Assembly: GCA_964291315.2 (NCBI GenBank)
Contig: OZ219753.1
Span: 2,560,001 to 2,624,000, forward strand
Length of the DNA stretch: 64,000 nt
Source of the DNA: Candidatus Poribacteria bacterium
GTDB lineage: Bacteria; Poribacteria; WGA-4E; WGA-3G
Reading direction: 5' to 3'
Shown: positions 1-9,213 of the stretch, piece by piece
Layout of the letters: each line of letters begins with the position of its first letter
Position numbering within the stretch: the stretch's first letter is position 1
The notes under the pieces: model-generated
Told to the model about the DNA's origin: nothing
Seen by the model: only the letters and a program-made list of their open reading frames with translations
Database searches by the model: none
Translations under genes and position numbers: made by a program

Positions 1-236
1 AAGTATAGTAAGTACATGCTATTAATACCGTATCTGTTTACACGAAAATGTTTACTGAAGTTCAAGTTCAGTCCACGCCCTAGCGTCTTTAGCGACCACT
101 CCAGGTATATATAATTTGTGAGCGCAGTAGATGCTGTTGTGTAGGGCTTAAACAGAGCTCACACATCTGTTAAAATGTATAGCTGTGCCTACATTTGACC
201 CTATTTTTTGCTACTGCAACATGTCCCTTTCGTGTC

Positions 237-869
237 CTAATTGTCTGCGGGGACTAAACCTGCTTTGACAAGAGATGCAACGACTACTTGTGCGGCTTCT
301 TCAATAGAGAGTTCTTCTGTATTTACCGTGACTTCAGGGTCGGCCGGCGGTTCGTAAGGTGCACTAATACCTGTAAACTCTTTAATCTCTCCAGCTCGCG
401 CTTTTTTGTATAAACCTTTCGTGTCACGTTCTTCACAGATTTTAAGTGGACAGGCAACGAAAACTTCGACAAATCTACCTTCTGCAACGAGTGCTCTTGC
501 CTTATCTCTATCGGCGCGATAGGGCGAAATGAAAGCTGTCATAACGATAGTACCAGCGTCTGTAAAGAGTTTTGCCACTTCGCCGATACGCCGGATGTTT
601 TCCTCACGATCCTCGGGCGAGAAGCCTAAGTTCTTGTTCAATCCGTGCCGGACGTTGTCGCCATCTAAAACGTATGTATGGTGGTGCTGTTGGTGCAATA
701 TGTGTTCGACCGCATTTGCCAAAGTCGACTTACCAGAACCTGAAAGCCCAGTGAACCAGACTACACAACCGCTCTGATTCAGTAATTTTTCTCTATCTTC
801 TGCCGTGACAGTTGCTTTATGCCACGTTATATTAGTTGCTTTCCGTTGAGCCAATTGACTATTCCTCAC
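237..869 (-). CDS. cysC: Adenylyl-sulfate kinase (true start possibly TTG at 854)
   Basis: [13 protein letters not shown]-loop, [15 protein letters not shown] and FTGISAPYE motifs. Confidence 0.95.
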   Translation of the reverse strand: MRNSQLAQRKATNITWHKATVTAEDREKLLNQSGCVVWFTGLSGSGKSTLANAVEHILHQQHHHTYVLDGDNVRHGLNKNLGFSPEDREENIRRIGEVAKLFTDAGTIVMTAFISPYRADRDKARALVAEGRFVEVFVACPLKICEERDTKGLYKKARAGEIKEFTGISAPYEPPADPEVTVNTEELSIEEAAQVVVASLVKAGLVPADN

Positions 870-935
870 ATATAAAAATCAAAAAATTGAGGCAGCCCCG
901 AGGTGCCTCTGTAATCAAAGGGAATTATAGTCACT

Positions 936-965
936 ATTATACGCGCGAATATGCTTTGATGTCAA
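936..965 (-). promoter_or_regulatory. sigma70-type promoter upstream of cysC
   Basis: Minus strand TTGACA-18 nt-TATAAT. Confidence 0.65.
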
Positions 966-1133
966 GAGGAATAGAAGGAAAGAATCTCTCTGAAGGTTGA
1001 GAATCTGTCATATTATGCGGGTTTAGTTCCGTTATAATAAAGATAAAAAATCGCCGGCAAAACTGCTGAGGGTTGCCTCTTTGTTGTCTTAATTTTTTTC
1101 TTTTTGCTAACGAGCCGAAATTTCAAATAGAGC

Positions 1134-2864
1134 CTACCTTATTTGCTCCTCCGTAATAGTAATCACTTGATTTATACGGTTCTCCTTGTCCGAGAAGCCC
1201 AACGTCTGGACATGACCACTTTGCCATTTTATCTTTATAGATTCTATTGTCTTTTCTGAACCGATCCCGAAGTGAAGGCTTTGCTGACTACCAGAGGCGT
1301 AACTTCCGCCACAAGTTGCTTCACGGAATTGCGTTTTCTCCGCTGTGTGTAGCCAGACTTTCGCGCCGATCCCGTCTCTATTGCTTTGAGTTCCCACAAG
1401 TACGATTTTCACCCAATTGTTTTTTCCTGTTGCGGTTTGAGAGTCGTTTCTCAGTAGTGCTGGGCTTTCACCGTTGGATGTAACAAGAACGTCTAGTGCG
1501 CCGTCGTTATTGTAGTCCCCGATAGCTACACCGCGCCCCACAATTGGGCGTTTGAAGAACTGACCTGCTGTGTCGGGTAACGGTCTAAATACTCCCAAGC
1601 CGATATTCTCAAAAATCTGGGATCTCTGCTTGTAGGAAAGCGACTGCGTAATTTCCGATACGTTATCCCAGACGTGCCCATTTGCGACTAGGAGGTCGAG
1701 CATTCCATTGTTGTTTGCATCAAGGAAGGCGGTTCCGAAGCCGAGTTGTGAGAAACTCGGATCGGCAAGCCCCGCTTCAAAAGTGGTCATCGTATAGAAA
1801 TTATCACCGTCGTTGCGAAAGAGGCTGTTAATTTCCAAAGAGAAGTTTGTAATAAAGAGATCAACCGCCTCATCATTATTATAATCACCAGCAGCAATCC
1901 CCATACTAGCGGTCGCTCTACCTTCTGAATTGTAAGCGACGCCAGCTTCAATGGCGACATCTGTAAAGGTGTCGTCTCTGTTATTGCGATAGAGGAAATC
2001 GGGGACAGCATCGTTAGCAACAAAAATATCAAGGTAACCGTCGTTATTGTAGTCCGTGAAGAGTGTTCCTAATCCCTTGCTAATGTTGTGTAGTCCGGCA
2101 TGGGCGGTAATATCTGTAAAAGTACCGTCCCCGTTGTTACGATAAAGCGTGTCACGGCCCCCCGGGTATTCGTGTGGACCACAGTAGATATGCTCGCCGT
2201 CTAGAAAACAGGCGTGGGCAGTTTCAAGTTGGTAATCTAAATAGTTTGCTACATAGAGATCTAAGTATCCGTCAAGGTTGAAATCTCCGAAGGAGGCACT
2301 AATGCTCCAATTGCCATCACCCACATCAGCATGCAGCGTCACATCTGTGAAGGTGCCGTCCCCGTTGTTACGATAGAGCTGGTTCGCACCGAAGTTTGTG
2401 AGATAGAGATCAGTGTCCCCGTCATTGTCGTAATCGGCAGAAATGCAGCCCATACCGTAACCCTGGTCTTGTTGAAGTCCTGCTGCTGCGGTGACATCAA
2501 CAAAAGTACCGTCTCCGTTGTTTCTATAGAGGACGTTCATATCGTCGGGTTGTCTATACTGTTGGTAACGATGTATGAGTGTACCACTGTTAACGAGATA
2601 GATATCGAGATGACTATCATTGTTATAATCGAAGAAGAGGCCACCGGCACCCATCGTCTCGGGAAGGTATTTCTGTTTTGAGGCACCATTGGTGTGTGTG
2701 AAGAGGAGACCTGCTTGCTGCGTCTGCTCTGTGAAGTAAATTCTGGTTTCAGCTGCGGCTGGAAGAATAGAGAAATTGGTGGCAAGTATGAGATAGGTGT
2801 GTAAAAAAAAGATTAGATTAGTGCAGAGCGAGAGACAACAGGGGTACTTCAATTTTTTCTGCAT
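1134..2864 (-). CDS. CRTAC1-family / FG-GAP repeat protein with C-terminal ASPIC/UnbV domain
   Basis: Repeated DYxNDGxxDLY and LYRNNGDGTFTDVT units; C-terminal NRDGIGAKV...LHFGIG. Confidence 0.85.
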   Translation of the reverse strand: MQKKLKYPCCLSLCTNLIFFLHTYLILATNFSILPAAAETRIYFTEQTQQAGLLFTHTNGASKQKYLPETMGAGGLFFDYNNDSHLDIYLVNSGTLIHRYQQYRQPDDMNVLYRNNGDGTFVDVTAAAGLQQDQGYGMGCISADYDNDGDTDLYLTNFGANQLYRNNGDGTFTDVTLHADVGDGNWSISASFGDFNLDGYLDLYVANYLDYQLETAHACFLDGEHIYCGPHEYPGGRDTLYRNNGDGTFTDITAHAGLHNISKGLGTLFTDYNNDGYLDIFVANDAVPDFLYRNNRDDTFTDVAIEAGVAYNSEGRATASMGIAAGDYNNDEAVDLFITNFSLEINSLFRNDGDNFYTMTTFEAGLADPSFSQLGFGTAFLDANNNGMLDLLVANGHVWDNVSEITQSLSYKQRSQIFENIGLGVFRPLPDTAGQFFKRPIVGRGVAIGDYNNDGALDVLVTSNGESPALLRNDSQTATGKNNWVKIVLVGTQSNRDGIGAKVWLHTAEKTQFREATCGGSYASGSQQSLHFGIGSEKTIESIKIKWQSGHVQTLGFSDKENRINQVITITEEQIR

Positions 2865-2887
2865 ATCCCGCGTTGTAGTAGTAGAGA

Positions 2888-2916
2888 TAAGGGCATCCAG
2901 CGAGTGGATGCCCTTA
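2888..2916 (-). terminator. Hairpin downstream of the 2950-3654 gene
   Basis: 12-bp perfect stem TAAGGGCATCCA/TGGATGCCCTTA with a 5-nt loop; weak U-tail. Confidence 0.55.
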
Positions 2917-2949
2917 GGTGAGGCTTTTCTACTTATTAGAATAAGGCTT

Positions 2950-3654
2950 TTAGAAAAGGTTTTTCAGTGATCCCCAGGTAGTTGTGAGTCTATTTTGTGC
3001 TTCAACCGCGGTCTGCGGGTCGGTTTCATTCGGATCGAATGCCACATCGGTTGTCGCGAAGATTTTATCAACATATGTGCCGTCTTCGCGGTGCGCGATA
3101 TAGAAGGTATGGTCCCCATCAGATAACGCCACAGGAACGGGATCGTCGCCGTGCTGGGTCATTTCAAGTCCCTCAAACGGACCGTCGCGTGTATTCAACC
3201 GGAACCAGACCCAATCGGTTGTATAGTTAACGCGGAGTTCTTCTGCTTCAAAGAAATCCCAGATATTCATGGTGGCGTTATTGGTAGAGGCGATATCACC
3301 GTCTGCGGCATCGAGCGCCCAGTAAAGGGAATTATCACTGACTGAGGGAGCAATAATGCGCCCCCAGAAATGCCAATCGTCTGCTGCGACTGAAAATTCA
3401 TATTTTACCCAGTCACCACCGTCGTTAGTAGCTCCATTATGTGAACCGATGTAGGCCCCACCGGATGCTTCTGTGACGGTGTAATCCTCTACACCTTCAG
3501 CAGCGTTACCTGGATGCTCATTTGGAGCTTCAAATATCTCAAATTTCGTACCGTTTGAATCGTTAAAGTTTTCTGCTTCCCAACTGATGTATTTCTGGGC
3601 AAATGCGGGAAGCGCGATAAGGCTTAAAGCTGTTAGTAGAATGAGAGTTCGCAT
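2950..3654 (-). CDS. Secreted acidic protein, possibly a carbohydrate-binding-like fold, with C-terminal AVxxxxxLTTTWGxLK motif
   Basis: AAGGAGG RBS, signal peptide ending ALPAFA, WEAE start of mature region, C-terminus AVEAQNRLTTTWGSLKNLF. Confidence 0.75.
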   Translation of the reverse strand: MRTLILLTALSLIALPAFAQKYISWEAENFNDSNGTKFEIFEAPNEHPGNAAEGVEDYTVTEASGGAYIGSHNGATNDGGDWVKYEFSVAADDWHFWGRIIAPSVSDNSLYWALDAADGDIASTNNATMNIWDFFEAEELRVNYTTDWVWFRLNTRDGPFEGLEMTQHGDDPVPVALSDGDHTFYIAHREDGTYVDKIFATTDVAFDPNETDPQTAVEAQNRLTTTWGSLKNLF

Positions 3655-3768
3655 TAACAAACCTCCTTAGAAAAGTGGATTAAAGTTATTGTAGCACAAT
3701 TATAAAGAGAAGCACTACTTTTTATTTGTCGGTTTCTCGTCTAGACTATTTACTGCGTTATGCTATTT

Positions 3769-4017
3769 TTAAAGACCCAGCAAAACATCTTCAACAGCTT
3801 CAGGAAGTTCGACCGTACTCGGATCGACATCAATGGCGTATTCAGTACCATAAGCTGCAACGAGATTATCAAAAGTGACGTTGTCTATACGTTCAAGTTC
3901 GTCGCCCGGATAGACAAGCCATACTCCATAGCAGCCGTCACAACTGACCATATCCACATCGTCATTTTCAATTGGGAACTGGGTTAGCGGACTATTACAA
4001 TCAGGACATGGCAACAT
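3769..4017 (-). CDS. Small acidic zinc-ribbon protein (zf-TFIIB-like)
   Basis: MLPCPDC...SCDGCYGVWL...GDELERI; ATG at 4017 with AAGGA RBS. Confidence 0.7.
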   Translation of the reverse strand: MLPCPDCNSPLTQFPIENDDVDMVSCDGCYGVWLVYPGDELERIDNVTFDNLVAAYGTEYAIDVDPSTVELPEAVEDVLLGL

Positions 4018-4051
4018 ATTGGTTTTTCCTTGTAGTTGTCTCAGTTTAATC

Positions 4052-5239
4052 TTAGTCGGCCGCTGGTGCGAAAACTTCCGGATTCTCCGCAGCGGCATCG
4101 TAATCGTCGATCAGTTTTGTAATGATAGGGGTATCGCCGCAGATCGGGCAATTTTCATCTCGGTTGATTTTCATCTCGCGATAGGTCATTCCGAGTGCTT
4201 CATAGAGAATGAGCCTGCCGATGAGGGGTGCACCGATACCGAGAATATATTTAATCGCTTCGGTTGCCATCATGACACCTATTATGCCTGGGAGCACGCC
4301 CAGAACTCCGGCCTCGCTTCAGCTCGGCACTAGGCCTGGGGGTGGCGGGGTCGGATACATGCATCGATAGCAAGGACCATCGTGTGGTTTAAAGAGCGAG
4401 ACCTGCCCTTCAAACTGGAAAATACTACCGTGGACGATTGGTTTACCCAATAGTACAGCTGCGTCATTGACGAGATAACGGGTGGCGAAATTATCACACC
4501 CGTCCACAATTATGTCATATTCTGAGAAAATTTCTTCAACATTATCGGCAGCTAGACGCAGGTTATACGGAGTGATGTCAATGTCTGGGTTCAACGACTT
4601 AATGGTTGTTGTCGCGGATTGTACCTTCGGTGTGCCGACGGCTTCTGTACGGTGGAGTATCTGACGTTGGAGGTTACTTAACTCCACAACATCAGAATCG
4701 ATAATACCGAGATGGCCGATACCTGCGGCCCCGAGATACACGCCTGCTGGTGATCCCAAGCCTCCTGCACCAACCAGCAGGACGTTAGCATCAAGGAGTT
4801 TGGCTTGTCCGTGTTCGCCGACTTCTGTGAGCATAAAATGCCGGCTGTAACGGTCGAGCTGATCGTGTGTCATCGGTTTGTCTTGTGCAGTCGGGAACCC
4901 GGCGCTCATCCAGTCCCGATAGCCGCCTGCAAGAGAGACGGTATCAGTGTATCCCATTTGGCGGAGGGATTTGGCAGCGAGTAGAGAACGGAGCCCCGCT
5001 GCGCAGTATACAACGACCTTTTGGTCTCGATCAGGAATATAATTTTCGATAGAGAACTCAAGCATGCCACGTGTGACATGCACAGCATTCGGGATATAAC
5101 CGGCGCGATATTCATCTTCATCGCGAACATCCAGCAGTACGAAATCGTTCTCTTCGTCTTGTTCGGTTTTCACTTCAGCAACAGTTACTTCCGGTATTTC
5201 TGCTTTCGCTTCCTCAACGATTTGCCTGTAGGATTTCAT
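4052..5239 (-). CDS. moeB: Rhodanese-MoeB/ThiF fusion (sulfur-carrier adenylyltransferase) with in-frame TGA at 4319-4321, probably selenocysteine
   Basis: N-terminal rhodanese (LDVR...YCAAGLRS); RYSRH, GAGGLGS, SNLQRQ and CYRC motifs; reads VPS-TGA-SEAGVLGVLPG in frame to a second Zn motif CPIC; AGGAG RBS before ATG 5239. Confidence 0.88.
4288..4303 (-). promoter_or_regulatory. Candidate bacterial SECIS hairpin
   Basis: Coding strand CTGGG-CGTGCT-CCCAG; loop starts 20 nt after the UGA, with G then U at loop positions 2-3. Confidence 0.55.
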
Positions 5240-5328
5240 AAAATTTTTCTCCTGCGAAGAAGAAATATGAAAATTAAGGATCTCATATTCTCTCATTCTA
5301 TGGATTTTAGGTCTTTTGCACTTACAGA

Positions 5329-5357
5329 ATTATACCATATGTGCCTTGTCTTGTCAA
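5329..5357 (-). promoter_or_regulatory. sigma70 promoter of the moeB operon
   Basis: Minus strand TTGACA-17 nt-TATAAT with TGn extension. Confidence 0.8.
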
Positions 5358-5451
5358 TATTTTAATCTTTCGGATGTATTAACTATAATGGAAAGTCAGG
5401 GCTATTTAGTTTCCCTATCAGAGGGAATTTCTGATTCTTTGTTATCGGTTA

Positions 5452-5481
5452 TTGACAAGCAAGATATGGGTATGTTAAAAT
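5452..5481 (+). promoter_or_regulatory. sigma70 promoter of the PHP/GT9/HAD operon
   Basis: TTGACA-18 nt-TAAAAT with TGn extension. Confidence 0.65.
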
Positions 5482-5567
5482 AGATGTAGACAGGTGTAGA
5501 CACAAGTGGTAACCGGTCCAGTAGATTAAGGCACTGTCTCTAAAAGCATAAAGATAAAGGAGAAGCG

Positions 5568-6443
5568 ATGTTCAACACAAACCCTTTTCAACAACCCGGA
5601 CAGTGGTATCGCGGGAATACACATAGCCACAGCACTGAGTCCGATGGACAACTCTCAATATCAGATCGTTTTGCTGCGTATAGGGACGCAGGTTACGATT
5701 TTCTCGTGTTGACTGATCACCGCAAGGTTAACGAAGTGCAGGCTTACACGACATCGGATTTTTTGGCAATATCAGGGAGCGAAGTTCATCCTGAAAATCC
5801 TTACGGTGGTGGGACATATCACATCGTTGCGATTAATATACATGAACAGCTAAACTGCGCGAACATGCACCCGAATGCAGTAATCGATCAGATTAAAATG
5901 CAAGGTGGTGAAGCCGTTTTGTGTCATCCTTATTGGTGTGGGCATACAATTTTAGATTATCTGCCGTTGCGCGGTTATTTTGCTGTTGAGGTTTATAACG
6001 ACACATGCATGGGCATCGGTAAAGGGTTTTCGGAGCAGGCATGGGACGATCTTCTAGATAGAGGTGGTCCTGTCTTCGGCATCGCCGCCGATGATGCCCA
6101 CGGCACAAAGCACGACTGCTTCCACGGCTGGATTATGGTCAAAGCGCAAGAACTCGCGCTCGGTAGCATCATGGAATCACTCCGGACCGGCGCTTTCTAT
6201 TCTACACTTGGGCCCGAGATTAAGGATATGAACTTAGATGGAAATCAATTGACTGTTAAATGTTCGGCGGCACGATCAATTGTTTTTAAAGCAGAGTGCA
6301 GTCGTGGAAAACGAATCTTGCCATTCGATGGCGAGCTCTTAACTGAGGCAACCTACAGTATTCCGGAGAACGTCAAATACGTTCGCGTCGAGATAACTGA
6401 CGAAACCGGTAAGAAAGCATGGTCAAACCCACTCTTTTTTTAG
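5568..6443 (+). CDS. PHP-domain metallohydrolase (CehA/McbA-like)
   Basis: GNTHSHSTESDG, LTDH, CHPYW, ADDAH and AWSNP motifs. Confidence 0.85.
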   Translation: MFNTNPFQQPGQWYRGNTHSHSTESDGQLSISDRFAAYRDAGYDFLVLTDHRKVNEVQAYTTSDFLAISGSEVHPENPYGGGTYHIVAINIHEQLNCANMHPNAVIDQIKMQGGEAVLCHPYWCGHTILDYLPLRGYFAVEVYNDTCMGIGKGFSEQAWDDLLDRGGPVFGIAADDAHGTKHDCFHGWIMVKAQELALGSIMESLRTGAFYSTLGPEIKDMNLDGNQLTVKCSAARSIVFKAECSRGKRILPFDGELLTEATYSIPENVKYVRVEITDETGKKAWSNPLFF

Positions 6444-6488
6444 TGAAATGTCTTGGCAGATCTCGTCACACTTTCATGGGGGATTCCG

Positions 6489-7517
6489 ATGCAAAACATT
6501 TTGGTGTGCCAAACAGGAGGCTGGATCGGCGATATGGTGCTGCTGACTCCTGCCTTACGTGCCCTGAAGTGCGCGTATCCGAAATCTAATTTAACACTTC
6601 TGTTGCGGCGGTGTGTAGCCGATCTAATGCAAACCCACCCTTATGTTGACACCTGCATCGTGGATGCGAAAACAGAAGGTCGCTATCGATCGTTTCGGGA
6701 CCTTGTCCGTCAGATACGGGCTAAGGTATTTGACATCGCAGTTGTGCTGCATCCTACCTCGTTTCGGAATGCGCTTCTACCCTTCATAGCACATATCCCG
6801 ATACGTGTTGGGACAAATGTTGGTGGGCGCGGGATGCTGCTAACACTGTCTTGTAAAGACACTACAGAGATACATGAGGTCCACCGATACCTCCGTGTCC
6901 TAGAGCTGCTAAATATTGATGGAGCTCCCTCTTTTTTGGAGTTTTGGCATACAGATGCAGATCGGAAGTTTATTAAACGACTCCTGCGTACTGAGGGCGT
7001 ATTACCGGGCGACCGAGTTATTGCTCTCAATTTGGGCACGACCTGGCCAACGAAACGATGGAACATAACGAATTTCGCAGACCTTATCCAACGAATTGCA
7101 GTACTGATACCAGAAATCAAAATCCTGTTAATCGGTTCATCTGAGGAGCGGGAACTTGCAAAAGCACTGTCCACTTGGTTGTCGGTTATTAATCTCGTCG
7201 GGAAAACGGATATTCTCGAACTAGGGGCGTTGTTGGAAAGATGTGAAGTGTGCTTAACTTGTGATAGTGGCCCGATGCATATTGCCGCTGCAGTTCAGAC
7301 GCCGACAGTGGCACTTTTTGGTCCAACGAGTCCAACGCGCCATCGGCCCTACGGAGATGGGCATACTCTCATTGAAAAACCAGTCTCATGTCGCCCTTGT
7401 TACAAACAGATGTGTCGTCGACAAGAGGCACCGCACCTCTGTATGCAGGAAATAGGTACCGCTGAAGTTGTCAAGGCATTAGAGATTAAGTTGCGCCGGG
7501 AAATTGCCGCTGCTTAA
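6489..7517 (+). CDS. Glycosyltransferase family 9 (LPS heptosyltransferase II-like)
   Basis: GWIGDMVLLTP, KRW, CDSGPMHIAAA and LFGPT motifs. Confidence 0.88.
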   Translation: MQNILVCQTGGWIGDMVLLTPALRALKCAYPKSNLTLLLRRCVADLMQTHPYVDTCIVDAKTEGRYRSFRDLVRQIRAKVFDIAVVLHPTSFRNALLPFIAHIPIRVGTNVGGRGMLLTLSCKDTTEIHEVHRYLRVLELLNIDGAPSFLEFWHTDADRKFIKRLLRTEGVLPGDRVIALNLGTTWPTKRWNITNFADLIQRIAVLIPEIKILLIGSSEERELAKALSTWLSVINLVGKTDILELGALLERCEVCLTCDSGPMHIAAAVQTPTVALFGPTSPTRHRPYGDGHTLIEKPVSCRPCYKQMCRRQEAPHLCMQEIGTAEVVKALEIKLRREIAAA

Positions 7518-7546
7518 ATATAAACTATAGAAAAAAGGAATAGTGA

Positions 7547-8293
7547 ATGAAAGACATCCGCGCACTGGTATTTGATTTCGGCGGGACTTTGGATGGAAAC
7601 GGTATCCACTGGTTGGAACGGACGTATCTGTTTATCCGCGAACGGTGCCCCGAAATTACACGCGAGGCATTTGACGAAGCAGATAGGGCAACGGTAACGG
7701 AGTTTGCACTTGGAGATTCTTCTCATGAGTGGTCTTACCAAGACGGTTCAATGTTACCGCTCGGGGTGGTCGCCTCTGAGCACACAGCGTGCTGTAATTT
7801 GCGAGAAACTGCCGATGCGATTGCATCAGGAATTTATAAGCGACTAGGCCTGAGCAAACAGATGAAAGATGAATATGTTGAGTGGTTCTGTAAGGGAGTC
7901 GCCCAAAGTCTTGCTGAAAATAGGCGATGGCTTAAAACACTTTACGGCACCTACCAGCTTGCTGTGATTAGCAATAACTTTGGAAACACGCGCGGTTGGT
8001 GTGATGAATATGGACTTTCCCCATTGCTTGAGGCAATTATAGATTCCACGGTTCTCGGTATAGCGAAGCCAGATGCCCGTATCTTTGAAGCAGCTTTGGC
8101 CGAATTGAGGGTGGCACCTCATCAAGCAATCTACGTTGGCGATAGTTATGCTGCGGATATGGTCGGAGGAAAAAACGCAGGAATGTGGACTGCGTGGCTT
8201 GTTGGCGATGAGCACAAGACCTGCCCGGATTTATCTATGGTTGATGTTAAACTGTCCTATTTGTATGAATTGACCCAGTTTTTGAATTCGTAG
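7547..8293 (+). CDS. HAD-family hydrolase
   Basis: FDFGGTL, ISN, KPDARIF and VGDS...D motifs. Confidence 0.88.
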   Translation: MKDIRALVFDFGGTLDGNGIHWLERTYLFIRERCPEITREAFDEADRATVTEFALGDSSHEWSYQDGSMLPLGVVASEHTACCNLRETADAIASGIYKRLGLSKQMKDEYVEWFCKGVAQSLAENRRWLKTLYGTYQLAVISNNFGNTRGWCDEYGLSPLLEAIIDSTVLGIAKPDARIFEAALAELRVAPHQAIYVGDSYAADMVGGKNAGMWTAWLVGDEHKTCPDLSMVDVKLSYLYELTQFLNS

Positions 8294-8313
8294 TAGAATT
8301 TTGAGAGAGAAAA

Positions 8314-8335
8314 GGGCAGATATTTGCTTCTGCCC
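8314..8335. terminator. Probable bidirectional terminator between the convergent HAD gene and lexA
   Basis: GGGCAGA/TCTGCCC stem flanked by an A-run and a T-rich tail. Confidence 0.6.
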
Positions 8336-8373
8336 GTTAGTTTTGTTAATGTTTGAGAAGTAAAGTGTGAAGG

Positions 8374-9039
8374 TTATAGTTCACGATGGAGACAGACGAC
8401 TTTACCCAGTATCGTCACTTCATTAATGTTATAAATACTGGATTCAATGACCGGGTTTTCCGGCTGTAACCGCACTTGATCGCCTTCTATAAAAAAGCGT
8501 TTTACTGTTGCTTCGTCTTCCACCATAGCGACCACAATATCACCTGGATCGGCATCTGCTTGTCTTCTGACAATAACATAGTCGCCTTCTAGGATGCCGA
8601 CCCCGATCATGCTGGTGCCGATGATTCGGAGGGCGAAGCATTCCTGGTTATTTACCATGCGGGTTGGAATAGGCAGAGTGCCTTCGATATTCTGTGAGGC
8701 AAGGAGTGGTGCTCCGGCAGCTACACGTCCAAAAATCGGTATTTCTACGATATCCCGATCTACTTCCGTTAGCATTGGATTCGCGCCTTGGTCTTCAAGC
8801 CATTTACTAGTGACAACCTTGGGTTGTGTTTCCTTCAGAATGGAGATCGCCCTAGGCTTGCCTTCTTCCCGTTCAATATATTTCTTTTTCTCGAGCGCGT
8901 TGAGATGGTCATGCGCCGCTTTTTCGGAGAAGCCGAATTGACTGCCAATCTCACGAATCGTCGGCGGATAACCCTCCTTAATACATTTCTGGATGTAATT
9001 AAAGATCTCGCGCTGCCTGTTTGTCAAATTCTTCGCCAT
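8374..9039 (-). CDS. lexA: SOS repressor LexA
   Basis: LTxRQ...PPTIREI winged helix, VAAG cleavage site, GTSM serine, ATVKR lysine. Confidence 0.95.
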   Translation of the reverse strand: MAKNLTNRQREIFNYIQKCIKEGYPPTIREIGSQFGFSEKAAHDHLNALEKKKYIEREEGKPRAISILKETQPKVVTSKWLEDQGANPMLTEVDRDIVEIPIFGRVAAGAPLLASQNIEGTLPIPTRMVNNQECFALRIIGTSMIGVGILEGDYVIVRRQADADPGDIVVAMVEDEATVKRFFIEGDQVRLQPENPVIESSIYNINEVTILGKVVCLHREL

Positions 9040-9088
9040 GAGTTAAGCCTCCTGCAACTGATCATAGGGTATTAGTTAATATGTTTAT

Positions 9089-9117
9089 ATTATACTATAT
9101 GCAGGTTAAGAATGCAA
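9089..9117 (-). promoter_or_regulatory. sigma70 promoter of lexA
   Basis: Minus strand TTGCAT-17 nt-TATAAT. Confidence 0.7.
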
Positions 9118-9213
9118 GAAAAAAACAAATATTTATTTTTTTCTATGGTCCAAAGGCGCTTGCCATAAAATTGAAACCGAAAAGTGCTGCTAACGTCTTA
9201 ATTAAAGGGAAAC

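Noticed and set aside
4052-4297. 81-aa ORF as a separate gene, or moeB as a pseudogene
   Set aside because: It is the in-frame C-terminus of MoeB, and the TGA falls at the conserved Cys position
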